Virus record (IMG/VR): IMGVR_UViG_3300021387_000129
Origin: an uncultured virus (IMG/VR IMGVR_UViG_3300021387_000129)
Taxonomy: Duplodnaviria > Heunggongvirae > Uroviricota > Caudoviricetes
Strand: one strand, 5' to 3'
DNA: 64,000 bases
The notes under the pieces: model-generated
Databases searched by the model: none
Told to the model about the DNA's origin: nothing
Seen by the model: only the letters and a program-made list of their open reading frames with translations
Shown: one piece after another, positions 29,005-38,529 of the stretch
Layout of the letters: every line of letters begins with the position of its first letter
Numbering within the stretch: position 1 is the stretch's first letter
Position numbers and translations under genes: made by a program

Positions 29005-31937
29005 GTTGTCCCGATTTGATCCTCCTTTCCAAGCGCACGATATAGCGTTGACACAGAGACGCCAAGGCTGTCAGCAACTTCGGAAGGAGAATAACCGTTG
29101 TCCAAGCGAAGCTTGGCTGTCGCTAATTTGCCTGCAGAAATACCTTTCTTGGTCTTGGGTAACGCACGACGCTTCAGTTTATCCACATCAGTGTTCTTCA
29201 AAATCTCTTCAAGCTTGGCATTAGAAATAGCGCCGGCCTGAATCGCTTCCCATTGACGGTCTGTAATATCGATCTGGTGCTTCTTAGCGCCCACACGATA
29301 TCGAGCTTCTTCCAAACATTGCGCACGAACCTTCTTGATCTTGTCCTTGTCGTAAATAAGCTCCGGATTCTCTTGTTTCTTTAAATTAAAGAATTTAGAT
29401 GCAAGCGACTGAGCCTTACGTTCAAGCGGAGCATTTGCTTTGGCAAGAGCAAGGGCATCGTTGAGCTCTTGGACTTCCTTTAAATAATATTGTTTGGCAG
29501 CGGTGTTCAATTTGTTGGGCTTAATATGCAGAACTTCAAGGCGTGCTTGATTTGCAAGCTGCTTCATCTCAGTTGCATACTCAGCATATACTTTCTCCAT
29601 CTTGGTTCCTGAATTCATACGGGGATCAAATGGATCAAGTTCATAGCCCTTCTGAGATTTAGTTATGCTACCAACCTGCTGATAAATAGGATTGCCATCC
29701 TCATCAAGAGCAGGCTCCTTTATCTTTGCTTTAGATTTAGGATCACGCATAACCTTGCCAGTCTCAGGATCAATTTTATCAACGAGCACTTGCTTCCAAC
29801 GTGTCTGTCCTGTGGTGGTATATAACTTCTCGCCTGTCTGTGGATCAACATAAAATACCCTAGACTTGCCAGTCTCAGGATCAATACGTCTTTGCCCAGC
29901 CTTGCGATGTGGTAAATCATACTCGCCTTTAGACTGTGAAATAAGTGTCGATGCACCGCCTCGTGCTTTGCCTTGCCAACGCTGATATAGCTGAGGAATA
30001 TTATTATCGTATGCTGCTTGACGCCAATCGAGGTCGTGCTTCTCAGCATCAATAACAACCATGCTGTATTTAACAGCACGCGCAATCTCAGGTACAGGAG
30101 CGCCCTTCAAAGTCATGTCAGTAATAAGATTGGAAACCAATCCCATTTGCATCCCCTTTTCCTGTGAAGACATTGGTGGAATATCAGAATTCTTGTCACG
30201 TTTATAACGAACGCGCAATTCATCAGCAAATCCATCGAGCTCTTTCAAAGATGGGAATGTCTTGATCTGACCTTTATCATTTGGAATAACAAGAGCGGTA
30301 TCACCATCAAAATCAGCACCTGACAATTTCTCTGCGACTTTAGGATTAATACCAACAGCATCATTTCTTACGCCATCTTCAGCTTTACCAATAACCCGTT
30401 GTCCTTCACGATATCGATTGTTGACAACAAGCTCAGGAATTTCGAATCGTCCTGCGTGAGGGAAACGAATCAATACAACCTTTTCGCCATCACGAAAATT
30501 AGGTGCATAAATTTCGTTCTCTTTAATTCCCGGTAAAGGAATAAGAAGCTGTGCTGCCTGTCTTGGCATGGCGGCTGCTTTTAAATGAACTGCAGCTGAA
30601 TCACAATTATCAGCAAATGATTCAAGCAAGTTCTTTTTTACTGCAGGATTTGTAATAGATTTGAGTTCTTCAAAATCATCTTTACGCATCCGTGCATCCA
30701 AATTAAGCTGTCGTTTAGCCAAAGGAATTGTCTGTTTAGACAATAACTGAGCAGGAAGGTTTCGCTTCCATTTCTCCCAAGTACCCTGTTCGTTCACCAT
30801 GTTGATCGCGGATAAATGCTGCTTGCCATCCTTGCCAGTGTAGTGAGCCTGAAATAAATGAAGCTCTTTCTCATCATCCTGTTTGATCGAAGCACCAAAT
30901 GGATTATTAGTGATGGGATCGACTTTCATCAATTTAAGACAGGCTTCCTCATTCTTATCAAAGCTCTTAAGCGGCGTGCCTTTCGGTTTGTTTGAGTTGA
31001 CAATGATATCAACGCCATCAGGCATGTTGTCTGAATAAACGGCAACACCTTTGATGAAATGCGTTCCATCAACAGCAATGCGAACCTGAGCGTATTTATT
31101 CTTGCCAAGGTTCAGATCTTCAACACCACGTCTGAGTTCAATAATACCATCCTTTTGAAGCCCGCCTTCTTCAGCATATCGAATCTTAATACGTTTCGAA
31201 TCTACTGAGGTTGGTGTCTCGAGCCGATGCGGATTCTCGTAATCCCGTTCTTCATAATGAAATCCAGGAAAATCAATCTCAGCTCTCTTCTTGGCTTCAT
31301 TGGCTTCTTTCCACATTTCCTTGCTTGTCTTCTTTGGATCAACTTTAATTAACACTTTCATGGTCGTGGGCTTGCCAGTTCCCATTTGAGTCTGTGTTAA
31401 ATAAACAAGTTTGTATCCATCTTGAGTTAATAACTCAACAGCATGAGCAAGCTTCTCTTTGGAAATGTTCATTGCGGTTTCAGCACCGCGACCAACATCA
31501 ATCCATTTCTTGGCAGCTACTTCTTTAACCAGCTCATCAGCAACCTTGCGCGTCGAACTGAGTTTAACCTGATCTCTGTTCTTAAGAACATAGCCAACAG
31601 TTGTGTCCGGAATACCAAGTCGTCTTGAAATGGCGAGCTTTGAATAACCCTTGTCAGCAAGTTTGAAGATTTCGGAATTCCTTCCCTTAACAATGTTCTC
31701 GCTGGCAATATCAATCTTGGCTCTGAGTTGTCCAGTCTTGAGTCCATACTCTCTTGCGATCTCAGTGTTCGTCAGTCCGCGTTTGCGAAGCTTGTTAACA
31801 CCTGCCATGAAATCGAAGTCGCCTTGATATGGGTTCTCGCCTGATCCCCAAGGATACCGTCCTGAATGCCTTGGTGTTCCATAGTGTTGCAAGTCGTTCG
31901 CGTTGTCCTCAATTTGGGATGTGAAGATGCGGCTCAT
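29001..31937 (-). CDS. Single-subunit two-barrel RNA polymerase (YonO / cellular RdRP-like) with N- and C-terminal HTH domains
   Basis: LIRFP (30459-30467) then LSGADFDGD (30300-30320); upstream DGII..AQVR..KGV and downstream MGLVSN..VIDAEK match RdRP/YonO motif order; three HTH-like segments. Confidence 0.85.
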   Translation of the reverse strand: MSRIFTSQIEDNANDLQHYGTPRHSGRYPWGSGENPYQGDFDFMAGVNKLRKRGLTNTEIAREYGLKTGQLRAKIDIASENIVKGRNSEIFKLADKGYSKLAISRRLGIPDTTVGYVLKNRDQVKLSSTRKVADELVKEVAAKKWIDVGRGAETAMNISKEKLAHAVELLTQDGYKLVYLTQTQMGTGKPTTMKVLIKVDPKKTSKEMWKEANEAKKRAEIDFPGFHYEERDYENPHRLETPTSVDSKRIKIRYAEEGGLQKDGIIELRRGVEDLNLGKNKYAQVRIAVDGTHFIKGVAVYSDNMPDGVDIIVNSNKPKGTPLKSFDKNEEACLKLMKVDPITNNPFGASIKQDDEKELHLFQAHYTGKDGKQHLSAINMVNEQGTWEKWKRNLPAQLLSKQTIPLAKRQLNLDARMRKDDFEELKSITNPAVKKNLLESFADNCDSAAVHLKAAAMPRQAAQLLIPLPGIKENEIYAPNFRDGEKVVLIRFPHAGRFEIPELVVNNRYREGQRVIGKAEDGVRNDAVGINPKVAEKLSGADFDGDTALVIPNDKGQIKTFPSLKELDGFADELRVRYKRDKNSDIPPMSSQEKGMQMGLVSNLITDMTLKGAPVPEIARAVKYSMVVIDAEKHDLDWRQAAYDNNIPQLYQRWQGKARGGASTLISQSKGEYDLPHRKAGQRRIDPETGKSRVFYVDPQTGEKLYTTTGQTRWKQVLVDKIDPETGKVMRDPKSKAKIKEPALDEDGNPIYQQVGSITKSQKGYELDPFDPRMNSGTKMEKVYAEYATEMKQLANQARLEVLHIKPNKLNTAAKQYYLKEVQELNDALALAKANAPLERKAQSLASKFFNLKKQENPELIYDKDKIKKVRAQCLEEARYRVGAKKHQIDITDRQWEAIQAGAISNAKLEEILKNTDVDKLKRRALPKTKKGISAGKLATAKLRLDNGYSPSEVADSLGVSVSTLYRALGKEDQIGTT

Positions 31938-31941
31938 GGAT

Positions 31942-32502
31942 TCATTCCTCCAGTTTTAGTTTTTCGATCTTTGAGTCGAAGACGATAATCTTTTGCATGA
32001 TGGTTTTAATATCATCGCCTTTCGGCTGATGGATCGCGATTTCATTGTTCTGATAGATCCGGAGTTCCATTCCAATATCCTGTGGCTGTTTGTGGTATTC
32101 CAAACAAAATAGAGCGGCATAGATTTCAAGCTGCTCCATGTGTGCCACAGTGCTTCCGGTCTTCAGATCATGGATTCGGAGGAATCGTTTCTTGTCATCA
32201 AAAGAAATGGCATCAGCGGTTCCAAAACAATTCCTGCTATACCATAGCGGCTGCTCAGGTGTGAGCCGATAGGAAATAGCATCATTCACATACGAGTTAA
32301 GTGTGCTCTGATTCTTGGGCAATCGAACACCAAGACTAATAAGCCTGGCTGCCAGGTCATGCAATTCAGTTCCTCGTTGAACTGCGAGGCTGTTCAAATA
32401 AGTCTGAATCAGTTTGTCCTCATCATAGTTCAGCCAGTGATACTTACTTGCTCCCAGAAATGCATGCTGACCTACAAGGTCCGAATGTTTGATGAAGTTC
32501 AT
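31942..32502 (-). CDS. PD-(D/E)XK nuclease (Cas4-like phage exonuclease)
   Basis: RGTELH...FGTADAI...IHDLKTG...QLEIYA. Confidence 0.8.
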   Translation of the reverse strand: MNFIKHSDLVGQHAFLGASKYHWLNYDEDKLIQTYLNSLAVQRGTELHDLAARLISLGVRLPKNQSTLNSYVNDAISYRLTPEQPLWYSRNCFGTADAISFDDKKRFLRIHDLKTGSTVAHMEQLEIYAALFCLEYHKQPQDIGMELRIYQNNEIAIHQPKGDDIKTIMQKIIVFDSKIEKLKLEE

Positions 32503-32770
32503 AAATCACGTCCTTTGCATTTTCTGGCGAAACGAACTTTGAAAATGACATTTTGTTGAGCTTGTTAACATAGAACTCTTGATTGGGTCGCCTGGGTGCG
32601 CTCTCATTTCTCTTGCTTTCGAGAACAGCCCATCGTCCATTTGGAAATAGAACTGTAAGATCAGGAAATCCCTGAATGTAATTAGCATCATTCTTCAGAA
32701 CTATACATTCGGGGAACTCCGATTTCAGTTGTTTAATAAGCTGATGTTGGAATTCGCTTTCCTTCTTCAT
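32444..32770 (-). CDS. VRR-NUC domain nuclease
   Basis: KESEFQ...GFPDL...LESKR...RPNQ; start moved to MKKESEF. Confidence 0.8.
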   Translation of the reverse strand: MKKESEFQHQLIKQLKSEFPECIVLKNDANYIQGFPDLTVLFPNGRWAVLESKRNESAPRRPNQEFYVNKLNKMSFSKFVSPENAKDVIYELHQTFGPCRSACISGSK

Positions 32771-32867
32771 TACAATCCGTCCTTCCAAAAAGAGCGCAAA
32801 AATAAGAGAGATTTGTTCTGAATATGCAAAATTTAAAACAAAAGAGGCATATTCTATCTCCCCCTCT

Positions 32868-32892
32868 ATAATAGGCGATGTTTTTATTGCGA
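32868..32892 (-). promoter_or_regulatory. Phage promoter motif
   Basis: TCGCA ATAA AAACA TCGCCT ATTAT|AGAGG. Confidence 0.75.
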
Positions 32893-32896
32893 GTTT

Positions 32897-34060
32897 TTAA
32901 AACCGAAAAAAGTCACTTTCATTGAAGTTCTTCTTCGCTTTGAGTGCCTTTGCAATCGCGAGATCAATCTGCGATCTTGTCATGAGATGATAATAAAAAA
33001 GATCTTTGAACGGAGTGTTCAAACGATCAATACGTCCAGCAGCCTGGATCATCTGTTTGTAAGAATAAGATTGGCTGTAGAAAATCACGGTGTCTGTTTC
33101 TGTGCAATTCCAGCCTTCTGCGCCTGCTGTATATTGTACGACATACGCCCACGATTTCCCTTTCGGAATATCATCATGTTGATGACCATTCCACTCCTTC
33201 ACCACAACTGGTAGTGTTCGGAGAATGTCGAGCTCGTAATTAAAGTTATAGAATATTATTACGCGCGGGTGCTCGCGAAGGATCTCACAAATCTTTTCCT
33301 TCCTGCACAGATCCTCATTCACGATACGCCGCAGCACTCGACACAATCCACCTGCATCCTGCAATGGCTCATTGAGATATGGATCCCATCTGTTTCGAAT
33401 AACTTCCTTACTCTTCACAACATCATATGGAAGATAGATCGTCTCATGATGCTGCTCGGTCTTCTTCTGAAAATTCATCTGCACCAATATATCGCGTCGG
33501 TGCTTTACAAGTCGTCCCTCATCAAAATACTTCTGCACCTTTGGATACTTGCTGAATCGACTCCACACAACATGCTGCATCGTAAAATCAGTTCGGTTGC
33601 GATAAAATCCATTTGCAATAAATACTGGAACATAATCCATCCATGTGTCGCCTGGTGTGGCAGACAATAAGATCCATCGGTTGGCTTTGGCAATCCTGAG
33701 AAATGCTTTCACCCATGCGCCAGATCCGACGACTCGTTGCTCATCAAATATGAAGAACGCTCCGCGTACCATGGCGTACTTGGATATGTTATTCCAGGAG
33801 TCGATGGTTGCCTTCAGATGTTTGAAGCGGTCCAGCTCCTGTTGCCATTCGCCTGTGTCTCTTTTTCGCGCTGTCGTGATAATATACAGATCCTTGGTCT
33901 GCTTGAATTTCAGAGGTATCAGCGAACCTCTCAGTTCTCTCAACACAAAATAAGAGAGCGATGTTATGGACTTGCCGGACCCGACCCCACCACACAGGAT
34001 GGAGCCGGAGCCCAGCTTCAAAACCGCTTCGCTCTGATGAGGAAACAGTTTAATGTCCAT
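32897..34060 (-). CDS. SF2 (SNF2-like) helicase
   Basis: GVGSGKS, FIFDEQ, LSATP, QAAGRIDR. Confidence 0.88.
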   Translation of the reverse strand: MDIKLFPHQSEAVLKLGSGSILCGGVGSGKSITSLSYFVLRELRGSLIPLKFKQTKDLYIITTARKRDTGEWQQELDRFKHLKATIDSWNNISKYAMVRGAFFIFDEQRVVGSGAWVKAFLRIAKANRWILLSATPGDTWMDYVPVFIANGFYRNRTDFTMQHVVWSRFSKYPKVQKYFDEGRLVKHRRDILVQMNFQKKTEQHHETIYLPYDVVKSKEVIRNRWDPYLNEPLQDAGGLCRVLRRIVNEDLCRKEKICEILREHPRVIIFYNFNYELDILRTLPVVVKEWNGHQHDDIPKGKSWAYVVQYTAGAEGWNCTETDTVIFYSQSYSYKQMIQAAGRIDRLNTPFKDLFYYHLMTRSQIDLAIAKALKAKKNFNESDFFRF

Positions 34061-34587
34061 TATGCTTCAACAAGCTGATAGTCTGCATACTTGCCGCCGA
34101 AATCATTCACACTCTCGACGCTTGCCCACATGTTCTTCAGATAACCCTTGGTAGCTCCTTCGAATCCGCGATTGTGCGTGTAGGGATGAATATCCATATC
34201 GATGTTGACGAGATTATCCTGGTCCAGTTTGAAATACTGATCAGGCGTCATCAGCACCATGGATTTCTTGCCCATGAATTCGCTAAGCTTGTAGATCTTC
34301 GGGGGATATGAACTCTGATCATTCACGACGATCTCGGTATAGAACAAACGTTCGCCGTCATCCAGTTCGCGAACCTTAATATTCCATCCACTGCTCTTCA
34401 GCCGATCAGCAAATTCGGGGGACAGGCAAAGATTAAATGTACGCTTGCCGCCAGCAGGATTCAGGTTGGTAGGCTTACCAGCAAAGTTCTTGAAAATGAT
34501 AGAAGCGTTATCAATGCGAATATTTCCATCCGCAAGGAAAGAGAACGTAGAGTTGTTAACAGCCTTAATAGCATCCAGATACTTCAT
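34060..34587 (-). CDS. Putative ssDNA-binding protein
   Basis: Between polymerase and helicase; beta-rich IIFKNFAG..GKRTFNL...KGYLKNM. Confidence 0.5.
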   Translation of the reverse strand: MKYLDAIKAVNNSTFSFLADGNIRIDNASIIFKNFAGKPTNLNPAGGKRTFNLCLSPEFADRLKSSGWNIKVRELDDGERLFYTEIVVNDQSSYPPKIYKLSEFMGKKSMVLMTPDQYFKLDQDNLVNIDMDIHPYTHNRGFEGATKGYLKNMWASVESVNDFGGKYADYQLVEA

Positions 34588-34590
34588 AAA

Positions 34591-37500
34591 TCAAATCTCC
34601 TTTTCTTTATCAGTCCACGGCATAGAAATGTCTTCACTATGCACAAATGTGTCGAAATCTGTAAACTTGGAAATAGTTTCGATTGCAGCGTCATCCAACG
34701 CTCTGAAATAATCCATGTCGATGTTGTCCTCGTATTTTATTCTTGCAACTTCCTCTGCCTCGAGCCAGCGATATCCCTTCGTGCCTGCAACGGAATCATA
34801 CTTGCCTGTTGTAGATTTACGATATAGAATACCGCCACCTTTACCAGGTTTGATCGGACAGAATACACCAGCTTTACCAACAAACCGATACTTGTGCTCT
34901 CCTTCTGCAAGATCCTCATTCATGTCAAGATACATATCCGTCTGAACCGTTCTTGTCTCGCAAAGATCTGGGAATATGATCGGCTCCTTTGAGAATAAGG
35001 TCTTGAATACATATGGGTTCTTGTCTTTCAGAAATTGAGCACCGGTTGCTGTCCAGCGGGTTGGTTCGGGTTTGCCTTCGGCTTCTGCGGTCGCCTTCTC
35101 TTCCTGCCATCCTGGGTCTTCGGTTGATCGCTTGGCAACATATACAGCATCGTTCACCAGGCAGATACGATCGTAAATGTCTTCCACCTCAAAGGTGTAT
35201 CCCCATTCTTTCCCATACTTGAGAATGAAGTTAGATATCTCACTGCTAGGGTGGACCACCTTGATCGAGTCTGTCTTGATATGAACCACTTCACCGCCCA
35301 TCTCCTGCACCTTCAGCCGCAGTGATTCCATAAATAAAGCCCCTCGCTTCGCCACCCAGTTATCAACGTTGCGGGGATCCTTAAATTTATTGGGGAATTT
35401 GGCTGCAGTCAAACCGTATACAGAATTGATGGCGATCTTCAGTGCTCCGCTGAGCTGCTTGGCCATCTTCGGATCGTCCAGGTATTTTGCAAGCTTGCCG
35501 TCCAGCATATGCCGTGCACTGTCGAAGTCCTTATGCTTGATCGCGATTCGAATATCCATAAGCTGCTTGAACCGCTCTGTATACTTGCCAAAGCCGTTCT
35601 CCGCAATTATGCTGGATGGATGCATGCTGGCAACGTCATAGGTGATCACGTCACGATATGCACCGGGCTTCGCATATACGCGTCCTCCTTCACCGATCAG
35701 TTCCTCACCATAATAACTCTTGCCACCTTCGAACCGATACTCAGGGAAATACTTCTTCAGGTCCGGATAAACAAACTGGTTCTGAGGTTCGGGGTCGTTA
35801 CCAAAAATGATCTTGGTTGTCAATTGGTTGGTCGTGTCGTTCACTGTCATGTCAGCGATCTCGGCCAGAATCTTCCTTGCTGTGAAATCCGCCTGTCGTG
35901 CATTGAATACAGCTTCGGTCGCAATAACATCGTTGTCGCAATATTCCGCAACCTGCGCCCACATCTCTTCAGGCACTGGCTGATCCCAAGGCAACCCTAA
36001 TTCCTGATGATGAATTCCAAGCTCGATCTCGAATTTCTTCAATCCTTGCTTCTTGCTTGAGAAATCATACACATCCGTATAGCTGATGTTCAGCGCTTCA
36101 CGAAATGGACAGCGGTTGCCATTCACAATAATATCCTGGCTGAGTTCATACAATTGCTGGTTGTTGTACCCAAGATAACAGGCATAGAGTAGGAAGTTAT
36201 CATAACCCCGACAGTTAAACCCGACTAACTTCATGTTAAATAAAAGTTCCATGTCAGAAGGCTTTGGGTTGATCAGTCGGATGCACTTCTTGTTCTCGCC
36301 CGCAGGCTTATAGTTCACCAGAAACAGATTGGGAAATACTTCCACGTCAAAGAATGTAATCGGCGCATCATCCTGCCATTCAGGAATAAATACCTTGATA
36401 TCGGGTTGCTCTTCAACTTCCTTCGGCCATCGTAGTTCCATCTGATAATACTTGTTCACGCAATATTCCGCGTTATGGCTGCTATTCGCAGCAAATGCGT
36501 AAATGGCATTATCCAGATCCTGCAGGTCATAGGAAACTCCGGCAGCCTGTGCATCCTTCAGCAATTTGTCGATGAAATCAATACTGGTCTTGGTAGCAAA
36601 TGGTTCAATCTCTTTCTTTAGTGCCTTAATAACCAGCGCTCGTAGATGCTTTTCGTTTTCGATCTCCTTCTTGTTAAACACTTTCTTGTCCTTAAGTGGC
36701 AGCCCGCTTGAAATATGAGCGATGGGAAGATCATTACACATGGATACTCGCCTGCGCAACGCAAAGTCTCCAACCTGTACTTTCAATTCCACATCTTCCT
36801 CGATAACCCGACGTAAATCATTCGGATCACCGTCATACCAATACATGCTGTGAATACCCTGTCCACCATTGCTGAGCTCCGCATAGGTGGGTGGAAATTT
36901 TTCAGCAGCTTCCCGGTTCAGTTCAAAATCCTTCTCGCCTTTATCATTCTTCTTGTCAAAATCGATACAAATAAGCGTTGGGAACATCTGAACCATATGA
37001 GTCTGGCTTGTGTCGAGTTCTCTGAGTTTGGTGGTATTGTTCTCCCACTTCCGCATCTGCTTTCCGAAATACTGAGCTGGTTGATCCGCCAATATGTCAT
37101 CCAGCAAAGAATGCTGTTCTGCGAATTTGAGCCATCCGGCGCGAGCTGCCTCCATCTCCTTTCCTTCGTCAGACTCATCAAGGCAGAACTTCTCCATCTT
37201 CAAACCATTAAAGTAGTTACGAACAGTTGCACCATTTATCCTGGCAAATTCTTTAAACTCGACAAAATAATTCTTGGCCTCGCTGTAAACCTGAAAACGC
37301 TTCATCGTCCGTTCGATATTACTATCAATACACCATTGCTTATACAATGCCCAAATACGATCGCCGTTAATTCCATCTTCACGTTTGAAATACTCCATAT
37401 TATCAAGCATAAAATTAAAGAAGGCATTCGTTCGTAGCATCATACGTTTAGGACGATATGAACTGTAATATGATTCTCCAAGCGTCCTATAAACTTGCAG

Positions 37501-38508
37501 ACAATGATATGCGATCGCACCAAGTTCGTAATCAACCTTTTTGACTAGTTTATCATATCGCTCTACTGGTCTAACAAGTTCACCAGTTGGTTCAACATCA
37601 ATAAGTCTTCGAATAATACCACTGTTTGAATCTGTGATTTTGACAGGGGTATTTGTAGCCATAAAAAGCATACAATTAGCTTCTGAAGTATACGCGCGTT
37701 TATACTTCTCATTAATACGTAACTTATCATGGCTAACAATTTGGTTAAGCACAGTGTTATCTTCAATCTTGTCCAACTTTGCTTCATGATCCAGGGCAAC
37801 CAACGGATCTTTTGCAAAAGCATCGAGCGAAAACTGATCTGAACCGCTGACCAATGATTTGGCATCGAACTTTGCGCAATATCCGCCATCACTTTGATAA
37901 CCGCCAAACAACTTTTCAATAATGTCCATGATGGTCGATTTACCACTGCCTTGCGGACCGTGGAATACAATGAACTTTTGAATATGGTTCACTTCTCCCG
38001 CAAGTACAGCGCCAATTGCCCATTCAAACTTCTGACGTTCAACAGGAGCATATAATGTAGTGGCCAGCTCATCATATGCACTAGTATCTCCTTCGCGTAC
38101 AGAATAAGACAACCGTTTACTTGAATGGTCTTCTTTTGTTGGTTTGGTGTCCGCGAATGTGAGTTTTAGATCGAATGGCGAATAATTATCCGAAAGATTT
38201 TTAACGTATAGGATGAAATTGTTCCACATTCTCGTAGAACTGTCTTTCATGGTTTTGATGACATAATGATTTCCACTACCATATTTTTGCTTAGCACGCT
38301 CAAATTCTTCGTACAAATCCTTGTCGACCAGTCTTTGTACTTGCATGATATCTCGGTGCCACTTCTGAGCTTCTTCATCCCATACAGCATAAAACTCGCC
38401 GCCTTGAATCATGAGGTCTTTGGATTTAATAACGAGGAACTCGGGATAAACTTCAAACAGCCCGGGCTTAGGGTTCCGAGTTCGAACCTCGTAAAAATCC
38501 AGCGCCAC
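34591..38508 (-). CDS. SF3 helicase - primase - 3'-5' exonuclease - family B DNA polymerase fusion
   Basis: 1305 aa: GPQGSGKS and FMATN (SF3); CIDFD..SNGGQGIH (AEP-like); FFDVEV, GFN..YD, YCDNDV (Exo I-III); YDVASMHPS, KIAINSVYG, IKTDS (PolB). Confidence 0.9.
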   Translation of the reverse strand: MALDFYEVRTRNPKPGLFEVYPEFLVIKSKDLMIQGGEFYAVWDEEAQKWHRDIMQVQRLVDKDLYEEFERAKQKYGSGNHYVIKTMKDSSTRMWNNFILYVKNLSDNYSPFDLKLTFADTKPTKEDHSSKRLSYSVREGDTSAYDELATTLYAPVERQKFEWAIGAVLAGEVNHIQKFIVFHGPQGSGKSTIMDIIEKLFGGYQSDGGYCAKFDAKSLVSGSDQFSLDAFAKDPLVALDHEAKLDKIEDNTVLNQIVSHDKLRINEKYKRAYTSEANCMLFMATNTPVKITDSNSGIIRRLIDVEPTGELVRPVERYDKLVKKVDYELGAIAYHCLQVYRTLGESYYSSYRPKRMMLRTNAFFNFMLDNMEYFKREDGINGDRIWALYKQWCIDSNIERTMKRFQVYSEAKNYFVEFKEFARINGATVRNYFNGLKMEKFCLDESDEGKEMEAARAGWLKFAEQHSLLDDILADQPAQYFGKQMRKWENNTTKLRELDTSQTHMVQMFPTLICIDFDKKNDKGEKDFELNREAAEKFPPTYAELSNGGQGIHSMYWYDGDPNDLRRVIEEDVELKVQVGDFALRRRVSMCNDLPIAHISSGLPLKDKKVFNKKEIENEKHLRALVIKALKKEIEPFATKTSIDFIDKLLKDAQAAGVSYDLQDLDNAIYAFAANSSHNAEYCVNKYYQMELRWPKEVEEQPDIKVFIPEWQDDAPITFFDVEVFPNLFLVNYKPAGENKKCIRLINPKPSDMELLFNMKLVGFNCRGYDNFLLYACYLGYNNQQLYELSQDIIVNGNRCPFREALNISYTDVYDFSSKKQGLKKFEIELGIHHQELGLPWDQPVPEEMWAQVAEYCDNDVIATEAVFNARQADFTARKILAEIADMTVNDTTNQLTTKIIFGNDPEPQNQFVYPDLKKYFPEYRFEGGKSYYGEELIGEGGRVYAKPGAYRDVITYDVASMHPSSIIAENGFGKYTERFKQLMDIRIAIKHKDFDSARHMLDGKLAKYLDDPKMAKQLSGALKIAINSVYGLTAAKFPNKFKDPRNVDNWVAKRGALFMESLRLKVQEMGGEVVHIKTDSIKVVHPSSEISNFILKYGKEWGYTFEVEDIYDRICLVNDAVYVAKRSTEDPGWQEEKATAEAEGKPEPTRWTATGAQFLKDKNPYVFKTLFSKEPIIFPDLCETRTVQTDMYLDMNEDLAEGEHKYRFVGKAGVFCPIKPGKGGGILYRKSTTGKYDSVAGTKGYRWLEAEEVARIKYEDNIDMDYFRALDDAAIETISKFTDFDTFVHSEDISMPWTDKEKEI

Positions 38509-38529
38509 CCGATCACCTCCTTTCCATGA

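Noticed and set aside
29001..31937. Host rpoC fragment
   Set aside because: The motif is SGADFDGD rather than NADFDGD and the flanking motifs follow the RdRP/YonO pattern; no other beta' blocks recognised.
31942..32502. CRISPR-associated Cas4
   Set aside because: No other cas genes or array, and the four-Cys cluster is not evident; a solo phage PD-(D/E)XK nuclease is simpler.
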